Positions 1-10,278 of a DNA stretch of 64,000 nucleotides are shown here, one piece after another. A program made the translations under genes and the position numbers. Within the stretch, counting starts at the first letter, position 1. Every line of letters begins with the position of its first letter. The DNA lies in the NCBI GenBank assembly GCA_965213705.1, contig OZ243913.1, positions 672,001 to 736,000 on the forward strand, written 5' to 3'. The notes beneath the pieces were generated by a model that saw only the letters and a program-made list of their open reading frames with translations, was not told where the DNA came from and ran no database searches. Origin of the DNA: Trueperaceae bacterium. GTDB lineage: Bacteria > Deinococcota > Deinococci > Deinococcales > Trueperaceae.

Positions 1-583
1 TGGGAATGCGGGCTCGAGTCTCGGCTAAGTGCAACGACGTGTTGTTGCCGTGGCCCACGCCCAAAAGCAACACGTAGCCGTCCAGTTCGTAGAGTTTGCC
101 CAAGGGTGAAGCGTCCCCTAAAGCATCTTCTAAATCATGCTTTTCGGTGATAAACGCCGAGTGCGGCCCGAGCGCGGCGAACGACGCGGTCGGGTGATAG
201 CTGCGCCGCACTCCGGGCCAGGTGCGGAAGAGTTCCGCCACGCGCCCCATCTTGCGGGTCGGCGTTTTGGCCGGGTCGAAAGCGGGCAGGGATGCCCGAA
301 CGGTGGGCCACCAGCTTTCGGGAACGGGCGGGTTTTCCCACGCGCTCGGGTCGCTGTTGCCCGCGCTGTGCGCGGGCATGACGAGCGTGCCCGCGGGTCC
401 CAACACCTGCAACAACGCCTCGAGAACCGCGACCGGGCCGCCGGAGACCCAACCGAGCTTGCTCAAGGCGCTGTGGACGAGCACCGTTTGGCCGGGGGCT
501 AGACCGCACGTTTTAAAAGCGTCGGCGAGCCTGGCGACGGTGAGGGGCGAGGCGGCGTTTTGGACGGCGGCGGCTTCGGACAC
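1..583 (-). CDS. AAC(3)/YokD-family N-acetyltransferase (3' end runs off the window)
   Basis: Manual translation of the minus strand from GTG 583: MSEAAAV...TVLVHSALSKLGWVSGG...LVMPAHS...MGRVAELFR...RSYHPTASFAALG...LLLGVGHGNNTSLHLAE. Not in the ORF track because it has no stop in the window. Confidence 0.85.
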   Translation of the reverse strand, partial: MSEAAAVQNAASPLTVARLADAFKTCGLAPGQTVLVHSALSKLGWVSGGPVAVLEALLQVLGPAGTLVMPAHSAGNSDPSAWENPPVPESWWPTVRASLPAFDPAKTPTRKMGRVAELFRTWPGVRRSYHPTASFAALGPHSAFITEKHDLEDALGDASPLGKLYELDGYVLLLGVGHGNNTSLHLAETRARIP

Positions 584-662
584 GGCTCAGTTTACAGGAG
601 AAACGCGGCCTCGTCTTTTGGGAGGCCTCGAGGACTGGTTTTTAAAAAGTTTGCAGTAAAAA

Positions 663-703
663 CACAGGTATTCTCTACCATGAAATAGTAGAGGATACCT
701 GTG
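663..703 (-). terminator. Intrinsic terminator downstream of tRNA-Pro
   Basis: Inverted repeat CACAGGTATTCTCTAC...GTAGAGGATACCTGTG followed by a T-run on the minus strand. Confidence 0.7.
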
Positions 704-709
704 GGCTTG

Positions 710-787
<78 letters not shown>

Positions 788-934
788 CACCGGGTGGATG
801 TGTAGTGTACTTAAAAGAGGTCAGGTGGGTCAAGGGGAGAAAAACGTCATGTGGCGGCTCGAGCTACTTTTCAGCGTCGCCGAAACGTCGGCTTGACGGG
901 GGGTTTCCGCCCTGCCCCGTGGTTAAATCAACTC

Positions 935-1933
935 ATGCCCTTTCGTATCAAAGTCTCGCTGGCGGCGCTCGTGTTTGTCCTCACCTTGCTGCTCGTCGGC
1001 CCTTTGGTCATCCCGATTCCGCCCCTGGCCGGTACCGTCCCGGCCGCGCAACTCACCGACTCGGACAGCCGGTTTATCGAGGTGGACGGGGTGAACGTTC
1101 ACTACAAAACGTCTTCGCTCACGCCGCCGGAAAACGCGCCTACTTTCGTGCTGCTGCACGGCTTCGGCTTGAGCACCTACACCTGGCATAAAGTGATGGA
1201 CGAGTTCGGCGCGCTGGGGCGCGTGGTCGCCTTCGACCGTCCGGCTTTCGGCCTGACCGAGCGGCCCCTGCCGGAAACGTGGCGCGAAAACCCCTACACG
1301 CCGCAGGCGCAGGCCGAACTGACCTTGAGTTTTATGAACGCGCTTGACATCGACGAGGCCGTTTTGGTCGGCAACTCGGCCGGGGCGACGGTCGCCGCCA
1401 AAGCGGCTTTGGCACGTCCCGAGCGCGTGACAGGCCTTGTCATTGTCGACGGCGATATTTACGACGAGAGCAGCCGTTCTACGCTGTCCCGCTTGTTGTT
1501 GCGCACGCCCCAAATCGACCGGCTGGGCCCGCTGTTGACGCGGCAGTTGGCCGGCGAGCCGGGCACGGACTTTTTGCGCTCGGCCTGGAGCGACCCCGCC
1601 AAGCTGGACGAGGCGACCGTGGCAGCGTACCAAAAGCCTCTGCAAACTGAGGACTGGGACCGGGCCTTGTGGGAGTACACCAAGGCGAGCCGCCCGCCGG
1701 GTTTGGAGAGTGAGCTGAACCGCCTGACGCTGCCCGTCCTCGTCGTGACCGGCGCGGACGACAAGCTCGTCGCGCCGAGTTTGAGCGAGCGCCTGGCGGG
1801 CGAACTGCCCGACGCGAGACTGAGCGTGCTGGACGGTTGCGGCCACACGCCCCAAGAAGAGTGTCCGGAGCCTTTTATGACCGCCGTGACGGGTTGGCTC
1901 GAGCAAAAGGATTTTGCCGCGGCGAACCGCTAG
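935..1933 (+). CDS. Alpha/beta hydrolase with N-terminal membrane anchor
   Basis: LLHGFG, GNSAG nucleophile elbow, GHTPQEE catalytic His; start moved to ATG 935. Confidence 0.88.
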   Translation: MPFRIKVSLAALVFVLTLLLVGPLVIPIPPLAGTVPAAQLTDSDSRFIEVDGVNVHYKTSSLTPPENAPTFVLLHGFGLSTYTWHKVMDEFGALGRVVAFDRPAFGLTERPLPETWRENPYTPQAQAELTLSFMNALDIDEAVLVGNSAGATVAAKAALARPERVTGLVIVDGDIYDESSRSTLSRLLLRTPQIDRLGPLLTRQLAGEPGTDFLRSAWSDPAKLDEATVAAYQKPLQTEDWDRALWEYTKASRPPGLESELNRLTLPVLVVTGADDKLVAPSLSERLAGELPDARLSVLDGCGHTPQEECPEPFMTAVTGWLEQKDFAAANR

Positions 1934-1982
1934 GCGTGCTACTTTTCTCTTCTCGAACCTTTTGAGCGAGTTAGACTGATTC

Positions 1983-2702
1983 GTGGTTTTAGGAATCATC
2001 AGCGACGTTCACGCCAACGTTATCGCGCTCGAGGCGGTGCTGGCCGAGCTTGAACAAAAAGGGGCGGACACGATTGTCTGCTTAGGCGACTTGGTCGGCT
2101 ACGGGCCTTCGCCCAACGAAACTATCGACTTGGTGCGCAGCGCGGGCGTGCTCTGCACCTTGGGCGCGGCGGACGAACGCATCGCCTACGACTTCGCGCG
2201 TCAAAAAGTGCCGCGTGCGGGCGTTGCAGATTCGACCCTCGAGTGGACGCGCGACATTATCGAGCCGCGCCACGTCGAGTTTTTGCGCAGTTTGCCGGTG
2301 CAGCAGCGCTTGAACACGCCCGCCGGACGCCTGCGCTTTTTTCACGGCTCGCCCGAAACGCCCGCCGAACGCCTCAACTTAAACCAGGACCCGATTCGGC
2401 TGGGCAAACTGCTTGAGCGCAACCGCTGCACCATCCTCGCCTGCGGCGGTTCCCACGTGCCTTACTTCCGGCAGCTTCACGTCGGGTGGGCCGTCAACCC
2501 CGGCTCGGTCGGTTTGTCCTTAAACGGTGAGCCCGGCGCGGACTACGCGCTCTTTCGCATCAGTGACGAGGGCAAGGTCGAGGTCGAGATGGACAAGGTC
2601 GAGTACGACTTCGCCGCCGTGGCCTTCGACATCATCGCCTGGGGCTTGCCCGCGGCGGTCGCCGAAGCGGTGCAGCACGGGAAGATGCCGGAGACGCCGT
2701 AG
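1983..2702 (+). CDS. Metallophosphoesterase (YfcE/calcineurin-like)
   Basis: ISDVHAN, CLGDLVGYG, FHGSP, NPGSVG motifs; TAGACT box just upstream. Confidence 0.9.
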   Translation: MVLGIISDVHANVIALEAVLAELEQKGADTIVCLGDLVGYGPSPNETIDLVRSAGVLCTLGAADERIAYDFARQKVPRAGVADSTLEWTRDIIEPRHVEFLRSLPVQQRLNTPAGRLRFFHGSPETPAERLNLNQDPIRLGKLLERNRCTILACGGSHVPYFRQLHVGWAVNPGSVGLSLNGEPGADYALFRISDEGKVEVEMDKVEYDFAAVAFDIIAWGLPAAVAEAVQHGKMPETP

Positions 2703-2731
2703 AGTTATGGTCGGTTGAATGGCTTCGGGCG

Positions 2732-2872
2732 ATGAAGTTTAACAGCTACATCTGGGAACTTTACAAAACGTCAGAGGCAGGTAAAGAGGTTTTGGATTCT
2801 CTAAAAATCAAAGAACTTGATGCCGACCTTGATGAACTAAGCAGACAGCTCGTTGCCGAAGGGATTTACTAA
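2732..2872 (+). pseudogene. AT-rich 46-codon ORF, probable truncated remnant of a foreign gene
   Basis: MKFNSYIWELYKTSEAGKEVLDSLKIKELDADLDELSRQLVAEGIY*; atypical codon usage between convergent genes; ends next to CTCGAG at 2875. Confidence 0.4.
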
Positions 2873-2898
2873 AGCTCGAGGGCGCGCCGGCCAAAACC

Positions 2899-3672
2899 TC
2901 AATCGTCCGTTTCAACTTGCCACTGCACCCGCTCGATGGCGGTCGCCCGACCGTTTGCCAGCGTCAACACGACCCCGCAGAGCGTGCCGGGCTGGTCGGC
3001 GGGTTTGTAGCGGGCGGGGAGCTTTTGGACGAAGCGCCGGTGAACCTCTTCGAAACGCATCCCGATGGACGAGTTCTGCACGCCCGTCATGCCCACGTCG
3101 GTGATGTAGGCCGTACCCTTGAGCAGGGTTTCGTCGGCGGTTTGCACGTGGGTGTGGGTACCGATGACGGCGCTGACCCGGCCCGCTAAGTGGTAGCCCA
3201 TCACTTTCTTCTCGCTCGTCGCCTCGGCGTGAAAGTCTACGACGAGGGCTTGGCCGGGCGGCGTCGCTTCGGCCACGGCGTCGAGGGCGCGAAAGGGGTC
3301 GTCGAGGGCGTCCATAAAGACGCGGCCCATCGCCTGCGCCACGCTCACCTGTTCACCCCCCCGCGCCTCGAAAGTGGCGAAGCCCAAACCCGGCGTGCCC
3401 GGCGGGTAGTTCAGGGGGCGCAGCAGACGGGGCGTCTCCTCGACAAGGGCGAGGGTTTCGGCTTGGTCGAAAGAGTGGTTGCCGAGCGTGACCACGTCGA
3501 CGCCGGCGTCTAAGAGTTGCCCGAAGTGCTTGCGCGTGATGCCGAAGCCGCCCGCGGCGTTCTCACCGTTGGCGATGACGAAGTCGTAGTCGTCCCGGTA
3601 GCGCTCCAGGTAGGCTCGAGCCACCGCCAGCCCCGGCTTGGCAAAAATATCGCCGATAAAAAGGATTTTCAC
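2899..3672 (-). CDS. YmdB/TIGR00282-family metallophosphoesterase
   Basis: LFIGDI, ANGENAAGG, TLGNH, VDFHAEATSEK, GTHTHVQTAD, TDVGMTG. Confidence 0.93.
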   Translation of the reverse strand: MKILFIGDIFAKPGLAVARAYLERYRDDYDFVIANGENAAGGFGITRKHFGQLLDAGVDVVTLGNHSFDQAETLALVEETPRLLRPLNYPPGTPGLGFATFEARGGEQVSVAQAMGRVFMDALDDPFRALDAVAEATPPGQALVVDFHAEATSEKKVMGYHLAGRVSAVIGTHTHVQTADETLLKGTAYITDVGMTGVQNSSIGMRFEEVHRRFVQKLPARYKPADQPGTLCGVVLTLANGRATAIERVQWQVETDD

Positions 3673-3709
3673 GCGTCAGGATAACAGGCTGGGGAACGAG
3701 GTGCAGCGT

Positions 3710-4066
3710 TCACGCCTTGCTGAGCTCGTACTGCTCACGCCACAGAGGTTCGTCCCAACCGGCCGAGAGCGTGTTGCCGCTGCGCACTAAAGGTTGCACC
3801 ATCAGTTTGGGCTCGTCGATGAGCTTTTGCAGCATGGCGTCGTCGGACACGCGCAAGTGCTCGAGGCCTGCGTCCTTGTACGCCTTGCCGCCCGAGTCCA
3901 CCAACGCGTCCAAGCCGAACTTGCTCACAAAGCGGTTCAGTTCACCCGGCGCGATTTCGCGCTGCTGCAAGTCTACGAACTGCGGCTCGATGCCGCGCTC
4001 TTTGAAAAACCGCAACGCTTTTTTGGTGTCTTGCGACTTGTTGGTGCCGAAAATTTGGACGTTCAT
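3710..4066 (-). CDS. ArsC/Spx-family protein
   Basis: QIFGT...KKALRFFKERGI...PKLMVQPLVR; thioredoxin-like ArsC pattern without the usual Cys. Confidence 0.8.
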   Translation of the reverse strand: MNVQIFGTNKSQDTKKALRFFKERGIEPQFVDLQQREIAPGELNRFVSKFGLDALVDSGGKAYKDAGLEHLRVSDDAMLQKLIDEPKLMVQPLVRSGNTLSAGWDEPLWREQYELSKA

Positions 4067-4089
4067 GTCTCTAAAGTAGCAGAAGAGAA

Positions 4090-4158
4090 AGTACCGAGTA
4101 CCTAGTACCGAGTTGAAAGTGGTTTCACTCGGTGCTTTTCAATCGGTCCTCGGTACTG
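4090..4158. repeat. Intergenic heptamer-based inverted repeat (AGTACCGAGT x2 ... CTCGGT[G/A]CT x2)
   Basis: Same element recurs at 37160-37296. Confidence 0.65.
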
Positions 4159-4179
4159 TTTTTCGTTAGACTTGACCCT

Positions 4180-4608
4180 ATGGCCGAAACCCTGTTCAAC
4201 CTCCTCAACCTGCTGCCCTTGCCCGTGTGGGTGGGGATGCTCCTGTTTCCGCGGACGCGCTATACCCAGCGGCTGGTCATGGCTTACTGGCCCTACATGG
4301 TCCTGAGCGGGCTGTACGCGCTGTTTCTGCTCGTCTCGCTGACCCAGGCGACGGCCGGTTTCAGCCTGAGCTTCGATGCGCTGCGGGCCGGACTGGGGGG
4401 CGAGTGGGCGTTTTTAGCGGCCTGGGCGCACTTTGTCACTTTCGACCTGTTCGTCGGCGTGTGGATTTTCCGCGACGCGAAGTACTGGGGCGTCAACCCC
4501 GGCCTGTTTTTACTTTTCACGCTGTTCGCCGGGCCGCTGGGTTTGGGCGCTTACCTAATCGTGCGCGAGCGCAAAGCCAAAACCGACCCGGTGCGTACCC
4601 TCAACTGA
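4180..4608 (+). CDS. ABA4-like (DUF4281) membrane protein
   Basis: AWAHFVTFDLFVGVWI and LFAGPLGLGAY motifs; four hydrophobic segments. Confidence 0.85.
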   Translation: MAETLFNLLNLLPLPVWVGMLLFPRTRYTQRLVMAYWPYMVLSGLYALFLLVSLTQATAGFSLSFDALRAGLGGEWAFLAAWAHFVTFDLFVGVWIFRDAKYWGVNPGLFLLFTLFAGPLGLGAYLIVRERKAKTDPVRTLN

Positions 4609-4609
4609 A

Positions 4610-4635
4610 GTAGGGGCGGGTTTCAAACCCGCCCT
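4610..4635. repeat. GTAG-type REP-like hairpin / bidirectional terminator
   Basis: GTAGGGGCGGGTTTCAAACCCGCCC between convergent genes. Confidence 0.6.
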
Positions 4636-6203
4636 TAAAGCAGCTCGAGCAGGTTCACGCCCCGCCTGAGGTCGTCGGGTCCCGGCACCCGGTCCTGAAG
4701 CATGAGGTGCTCCAGGGCCGCCATAGGGGCGTCCCACTTGGCGCAAACGGCCGCCCGCACCGCGCCGTCTTTCAGGTAATAGGCGATAAAACCGCCGTCG
4801 TCGACGTCGCCGGTGTAGAGGATGTCGTCAAACGCCTCGGCGTGGCCCAGGTAGTGCAGCTTGAGGTCGGGCTGCGCCGTCCAGAAGTAGGGCACACCGT
4901 CGTAAGCCTCGGCTCGGCCGAGCATGTTGCGCGCGGCGAGGCGGCCGTGCTGCGCCGCGACGCGCCAGTGTTCGATGCGGGCGCACTCGCCATACTCGTT
5001 ACGCGGTAAGGGGAAGGTCGCCACGTCGCCCGCGGCGTAAAGACCGTCCGCCGCCCGGAGGCCCGCGTCGACGAGGATGCCGCCGTCCTCGGCCTTGTCC
5101 ACGCCGCTCACGATGTCGGTCACGGGCTCGACCCCGACGCCTAGGACCACGAAGTCGGCGTGAAGCGTCGTTCCGTCGTCGAGAACGACCCGCGCCACCC
5201 GCCCCTCGCCCTCGAAGGCGCTCGGCTCGTGCTCTAAGTAAAACTGTGTGCCGAGCCGTTCGTGGTGCCGCTTAACCCGTGCACCGACGCGCTCGCCCAA
5301 AAGTTTGGCGAAGGGCACGCGCTCGCGCGCCACGACCGACACCGCCACGCCCCGGTCTTGCAACAAGGCGGCGAGTTCCAGGGCGATAAAGCTCGAGCCC
5401 ACCAGCACCGCCCGGCCGTAGGACGCGGCGGCCGCCAAGATGTGCTCCGCGTCGCGAAGCGAGCGCAGGGTGTAGATGCCTGCTAAGTCACTTCCCGGCA
5501 GCTCGAGGCGGCGCGGCCGGCCCCCGGTCGCCACGAGCAGCGCGTCGTAGGGAAGCGTTTCGCCCGAGGCGAAGCGAAGTGTTTTCGCTTCGGCGTCGAC
5601 TTTAGTGACTTCTCCGTCGCGGCGCTCGACGTCCTGTTCCGTGTAGAAGTCCTCGTCGCGCAAGAAAAAGCGGCGCTCGTCGTGAACGCGGCCTATTTCG
5701 GTCGCCTTGCTCAGCGCGGTGCGGTCGTAGGGCCACACCGCTTCTTTGGTCACGAGGACAATTCGGCCCGCGAAGCCTTCGGCGCGGAGGGTCTCAACGG
5801 CGTGTTGTCCGGCGACGCCGCCGCCCAGCACCACAAAGGTGCGCTCGTCGCCGCGGTGGGCCGGTTCGGGCAGGCGCTCGGGCTCGGCCTCCGCGGGGAC
5901 GCTGACGAACACGTCGTCCCCGTCAATTCGCACCGCAAAGCGTGTCAGGGCGTTCAGACCGGGCGGCTCCAGGTGGTCGCCGGTCGTCACGTCGAAACAG
6001 GCGTGGTGCCAGGGGCAAATCACTTGCCGGCCCGAGAGGGCTCCTTGTGCGAGGGGCGCGCCATAGTGGCTGCAGTGACCGCTTATGGCGTACACCTCGC
6101 CGTCGACGTGGCTGAGCAGCAGGGTAGTTTCTCCCGCCGTGACCTCCCTCATGGTGTTTGGGGGAAAGTCGCTGAGGTTGGCTACTTTGTAATCGTTCGT
6201 CAT
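4635..6203 (-). CDS. Rieske [2Fe-2S] + FAD-dependent pyridine nucleotide oxidoreductase fusion
   Basis: CSHYG...CPWHH Rieske motifs; GGGVAG, ATGG, GSSFIALE, YAAGD, RIEHW. Confidence 0.92.
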   Translation of the reverse strand: MTNDYKVANLSDFPPNTMREVTAGETTLLLSHVDGEVYAISGHCSHYGAPLAQGALSGRQVICPWHHACFDVTTGDHLEPPGLNALTRFAVRIDGDDVFVSVPAEAEPERLPEPAHRGDERTFVVLGGGVAGQHAVETLRAEGFAGRIVLVTKEAVWPYDRTALSKATEIGRVHDERRFFLRDEDFYTEQDVERRDGEVTKVDAEAKTLRFASGETLPYDALLVATGGRPRRLELPGSDLAGIYTLRSLRDAEHILAAAASYGRAVLVGSSFIALELAALLQDRGVAVSVVARERVPFAKLLGERVGARVKRHHERLGTQFYLEHEPSAFEGEGRVARVVLDDGTTLHADFVVLGVGVEPVTDIVSGVDKAEDGGILVDAGLRAADGLYAAGDVATFPLPRNEYGECARIEHWRVAAQHGRLAARNMLGRAEAYDGVPYFWTAQPDLKLHYLGHAEAFDDILYTGDVDDGGFIAYYLKDGAVRAAVCAKWDAPMAALEHLMLQDRVPGPDDLRRGVNLLELL

Positions 6204-6454
6204 GCTTTAAGCCTAAAAGAAATCAGCCTGAAAGAAAAGGGTGCTCGGCTTTAGGGACTGCCCTGCAATGTTGCTCTTGTCAACCTACAACTGTCAACCT
6301 ACAACCGGCGCTTTCAACCCGGACTTTCAAGGGAGTGACGCTTATTGCTTTGCGCCAGCCGGACGCCGCGGCCGGGTTTTTGCCGTCAGGGTTGTGCAGA
6401 AGGTACCCGGCAGTCCTCTCGAGCCTTGTGCGGAGGCGGCGAAAGTCGTTGACT

Positions 6455-9307
6455 TTAGCGGCGGACTCGAGCGGGCCGAATCAACCCGAACTCCAAAGCC
6501 AACTCCGGGTTGTCGCGTTTTAGGGCCGTCATGCGCCGCCGGTACGACCAAAACTCGACGGCGACCGAAACCGTGTTGACGAGGTAGATGACGGCCAACG
6601 CGACGAGGTCCGTCCTCAGCGACAAACCCACACCGATGTTCCACGCGTAAAGGTGGGACAAGGTGTCCAGGCCGACGAGCGCCCAGGGAACCAGCAGCAG
6701 CAAACCCCACACCTCGTCCGCCAAACCGCTGCCCGGCACGAGCAGCGCGAGCACGTGGTAGGCCCAGGTGCGCGGCGCGTTGCGCACCCAGCGAAGCCGA
6801 GGGACAAACAGCCACACGAAGGTTACGGCGACCAGGACTAAAAACAAAACGACCAGGGGCGCCCACAGGGTCGTCGCCAAACCGGCCGGGCGTGCGGCCA
6901 TCAAACCCGACCAGGGGTTGACGAACACCCCGGCCACGGCCCCGCTCCAGTCGCCCGCTCGCGCTACTTGCAGGTCTTGCGAGCTTGGCACGGCCAAAAG
7001 AGGCGTGCCGGGTCGGTAAGCCCGCTGAAAGGCGAACAGGTCGGTCGTGTCTTCGTCCAGGTTGTACCTCGCCTCGGGCAGCCTGGACAGCTCGGTGGCG
7101 CGGCGGTAGAAGGTGTCGTCGCCGGTCAGTGCGCCCAGGTTGTTCAGGGCGGGTGCGAAGTCTTCAGCCGCGTCGTAGCGGGTGCGGGCGCGGTCCTCGT
7201 CGCCTGCTACTTGCGCCGCGTAACCCCTTACGAAGTCGCCGCGCGTCCCGGCGAGCGGCGCGTCTGCGTAGCTCTGGGCCGCGGCGCTCGCGAACGTACC
7301 CGACCCGAGGGCCGCCACGTCGTCCGCTCCCCGGTAACCGGACGCCAGCCCGGCCATGAGCAGCGCCCCGGCCAGCAACATCAGCAAGACGACCTTTTCG
7401 GTAAGGCTGTAAAAACGCATGATGAAAATTCGCGACACAGGGCTGACCGAGCGGTTCAACAAACGACGCCGCTCAAAGTTCACGCTTTGCGCCCGCCAGT
7501 ATTTGGCCGCTAGCGTAAAGTGCAGGGCCAGCACGGTAGCCAGCAACGCCAGGGCGCTGTACCAGCCCGAACGCCCGAGAAAGCGGGCGGCCGCCGCCGG
7601 CGGTGCCAGCCTCAGCCGGCCCCGCCCGAGGTCGCGCCAGCGGTCGGCCTCGAGTCCTTGCCCGTTTTGGCGCAGGAGGTCTGCGTAGTCCCGCAGCGCG
7701 CGGCCCACTGCGGGCACCTCGGGCGCGGCGAAGTAGGCCAGCCACGGTGCCCAAAAGCCGGCGCGCCCTAAGTCCTCAGCGGCAAGTGCCTCTTGAAAAG
7801 GCTGCAGCGGAAAGTTATAGGCCTCGTGCAAGGTCAGGTCGCGCAGCAGCCTCGGGTCGTAACCGCGGGCGGCGAAGTCTCGGAGCGCCTTGTCGGCTGC
7901 GAGGTTCGCCAAGTCCGGCTCGCCCAGCTCGAGCAGCGCGCGGCTCAGTCCGGCCGCGTCGTAAAAGGTCTCGGCGCGTTCCACCGCGGCCGCAAAGGCG
8001 CTCGTTGACTCGGGCGCGTTCAGTGTTTGCCCCACGCGCAGGTAGAGCCACGGGTTGGTCGGGTCTTGGGCCAAGCGGGCCGCGGGGTCTTCGCCCTGCG
8101 CCTCGGCCCGCAACCAGCCGAACAGCGCCGAGGTGGGGTCGAACACCACCGGCTCCGGGGTGCCGCTTGACAACGTCACCGTTTCGGTCTCGGTCGTCAC
8201 CGTGAGCCCGTCCGCGGCGGGGCTCAGCCCGGTGACTTGACTGGGCAGCGCGAGGCGGTCTTGCACCACGCCGGTCGCCAAGTCCAGGGTCAGCAGGCTG
8301 TTGCCGTGTCCCACGTAAACCGCGTCTGAATGGGTCAGCAACCCGCTCGTTTCACCGCTCTCGGGTGGAAAAGTCAGGGTCCAGAGAACCTCGTCGTCGC
8401 CCCGAGCCACCACAGCGTCATTTTCCAAGGCAACCTCGTCGGGGACGGAACGCTGCGCGCTCGGCGTGGGTGCCGGAGAAGGGGCGGGCGCCTCGGTTGG
8501 GAGGGTGTTCTCCGGCGCAACATCGTCCGGTTGGGGCGACGCCGGCGTAGCGGGTGTCTGCTCGAGGGGTGTTCGCTCGAGGGTCGCGCCGGGTTGTGAG
8601 TCTTCTTGAGGTGCGGTTTCGTCCGGCGTTGGGGACGGCGCTGCGGCTCGAGCTGAGGGGGTGTCGGCTGGTGGGGTGTCGGCCGGTACAGTCTCATTCA
8701 GGCCGGGTTCGTTCAGGCCGGGTTCATTCAAGCTGGGTGCGTTCGGGTCGGTCTCGGTGGTGTCGGACCCAGGGGGGTCAGACTCGGCTGGACCTGTCTC
8801 GGCCGGACCCGTCTCAGTTGGAGCCACCTCAGCCGGAGGGGCGGGCGTGACCGTCGACGTTTCTTCGCGGCTCGTCACCTCGACCTCGAACCGTGCGCTC
8901 AAGGTGTCGCCCCGGACAGTCAGCTGCCAGCGTCCCGGCGTGCCAAGTCGTGTGGTGTAGGTAAGGTCGCCTTGGGCGTCGGTTTGCACGTCCTCGACTA
9001 TATTTTCAGCCTGCAGTCCGGGCGCGGCTCCGTCGGGTTCGTTCGTCAGGGTCAGGGTGTAACCGGTTTCCGGAACCAGCCCCGACGCCGTGACGGTGAG
9101 GGGGTCGCCCGCACTCAAGTTGAGGTCGCTGAGCTTGATAAGGGGCAGCGACTGTGCTCGAGCGAAACCGCTTGTCAGGACGAGGCTGCCGGCCAAGCTG
9201 CAAACTAGGCCGTAAACCAAGCCGTAAACGAGGCTACAAGTGAATACACAGCGCAAAAGTTTGGGCAAACCGGTGGTGCGAACCATGAAAAGCCTCCCGT
9301 GACTCAC
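6455..9307 (-). CDS. Large exported/membrane protein with Pro/Thr-rich linker, TPR-like stretch and C-terminal TM helices; function unknown
   Basis: 950-aa ORF with signal-like N-terminus and low-complexity repeats (ETGPA, LNEPG, ADTPP); TATAAT 5 nt before GTG 9307. Confidence 0.75.
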   Translation of the reverse strand: MSHGRLFMVRTTGLPKLLRCVFTCSLVYGLVYGLVCSLAGSLVLTSGFARAQSLPLIKLSDLNLSAGDPLTVTASGLVPETGYTLTLTNEPDGAAPGLQAENIVEDVQTDAQGDLTYTTRLGTPGRWQLTVRGDTLSARFEVEVTSREETSTVTPAPPAEVAPTETGPAETGPAESDPPGSDTTETDPNAPSLNEPGLNEPGLNETVPADTPPADTPSARAAAPSPTPDETAPQEDSQPGATLERTPLEQTPATPASPQPDDVAPENTLPTEAPAPSPAPTPSAQRSVPDEVALENDAVVARGDDEVLWTLTFPPESGETSGLLTHSDAVYVGHGNSLLTLDLATGVVQDRLALPSQVTGLSPAADGLTVTTETETVTLSSGTPEPVVFDPTSALFGWLRAEAQGEDPAARLAQDPTNPWLYLRVGQTLNAPESTSAFAAAVERAETFYDAAGLSRALLELGEPDLANLAADKALRDFAARGYDPRLLRDLTLHEAYNFPLQPFQEALAAEDLGRAGFWAPWLAYFAAPEVPAVGRALRDYADLLRQNGQGLEADRWRDLGRGRLRLAPPAAAARFLGRSGWYSALALLATVLALHFTLAAKYWRAQSVNFERRRLLNRSVSPVSRIFIMRFYSLTEKVVLLMLLAGALLMAGLASGYRGADDVAALGSGTFASAAAQSYADAPLAGTRGDFVRGYAAQVAGDEDRARTRYDAAEDFAPALNNLGALTGDDTFYRRATELSRLPEARYNLDEDTTDLFAFQRAYRPGTPLLAVPSSQDLQVARAGDWSGAVAGVFVNPWSGLMAARPAGLATTLWAPLVVLFLVLVAVTFVWLFVPRLRWVRNAPRTWAYHVLALLVPGSGLADEVWGLLLLVPWALVGLDTLSHLYAWNIGVGLSLRTDLVALAVIYLVNTVSVAVEFWSYRRRMTALKRDNPELALEFGLIRPARVRR

Positions 9308-9554
9308 CGCGTATTATAAGGGAACGTCTCTGAACGGTAAGATACCCAGGCCCCGCCGAGGGTGGCCGTTTTTGTCAGCGCGGAAGTCAGCGCAGAAAGC
9401 AGTCAAAACCCCTTGAAGTAGCGAAAAAACGTTTTCTCGGGTTCGGCCCAGCGATTTCATCTCGTACGTTTTGTCGGTAGCTTCAACGGCTCAGGTGTGC
9501 CGAAAAGAGGGAAACTTCAACCCCGGGGCCCGGCGGGACTGGTATACTTGCGCA

Positions 9555-10262
9555 ATGCAGTCCGGCACCTGGGAACGCTTAGCCTTGCCTTTCGGCCAGG
9601 ACGCGCTCGAGTGGCGCGTCTTAGAGGTCAAAACGGGGGACGACGCGACCGACCAAGCCAGGGTTCGGCCGCAACTCCGCTTTGAGCGGGTCGTGGCGCG
9701 GCTCGACGAAACTCTTACCCCAGCCGGTTGGTCGAACCGGTACGTGGGTTTGGGTATAAACGCTCTTGCTTGTGAATTGACGCTGGAGGGCGTGACCAAG
9801 TCGGGCGTCGTCGCGCTGAACGGTGCGGGTTCAACGGTCTTTTTCACCGTGTGCGTCCAAGACGCCCTCGTCTACGCCGCCGAGCTGTTCGGGTTGAAGC
9901 CGCCCGCCGACCCCCACCTCGTTTACTGGGTGGATTATGACCCCGAGGCCGGCGTGCCCTTATTCGAGCCCGACCTCGCCGCAGTCCACGCCGAGAACGC
10001 CGCCGAGACCTTTGCGGAGACCGGCCTTGGGTCGTCCGTTTCCCCCTCTCGTGGGCAACCGCCCACCGACGAGCCGCCCGCTCCAAAACCGGCCGGCCAG
10101 CAGGCCATAGACCGTCTTGTCGAACGCCTGCGCGGCGAGGGCAAGGGCTTAGAAGTCGCCAAGCTCGTCACCACCTACGGCGGTTACGGCGACGACCCCG
10201 AAGCAGCCAAAGAACTGTACTCGCAACTGCGCGCCCTGCTGCTCAAGGCTCCGCCCTCGTGA
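9555..10262 (+). CDS. Rad52/Rad22-family single-strand annealing protein (DdrA-like paralog)
   Basis: LALPF...LEWRV, RLDETLTPAGWS, CELTLEGVTKSG, AAELFG; TATACT 6 nt before ATG. Confidence 0.75.
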   Translation: MQSGTWERLALPFGQDALEWRVLEVKTGDDATDQARVRPQLRFERVVARLDETLTPAGWSNRYVGLGINALACELTLEGVTKSGVVALNGAGSTVFFTVCVQDALVYAAELFGLKPPADPHLVYWVDYDPEAGVPLFEPDLAAVHAENAAETFAETGLGSSVSPSRGQPPTDEPPAPKPAGQQAIDRLVERLRGEGKGLEVAKLVTTYGGYGDDPEAAKELYSQLRALLLKAPPS

Positions 10263-10278
10263 TACTTTCGGGGGCAGC

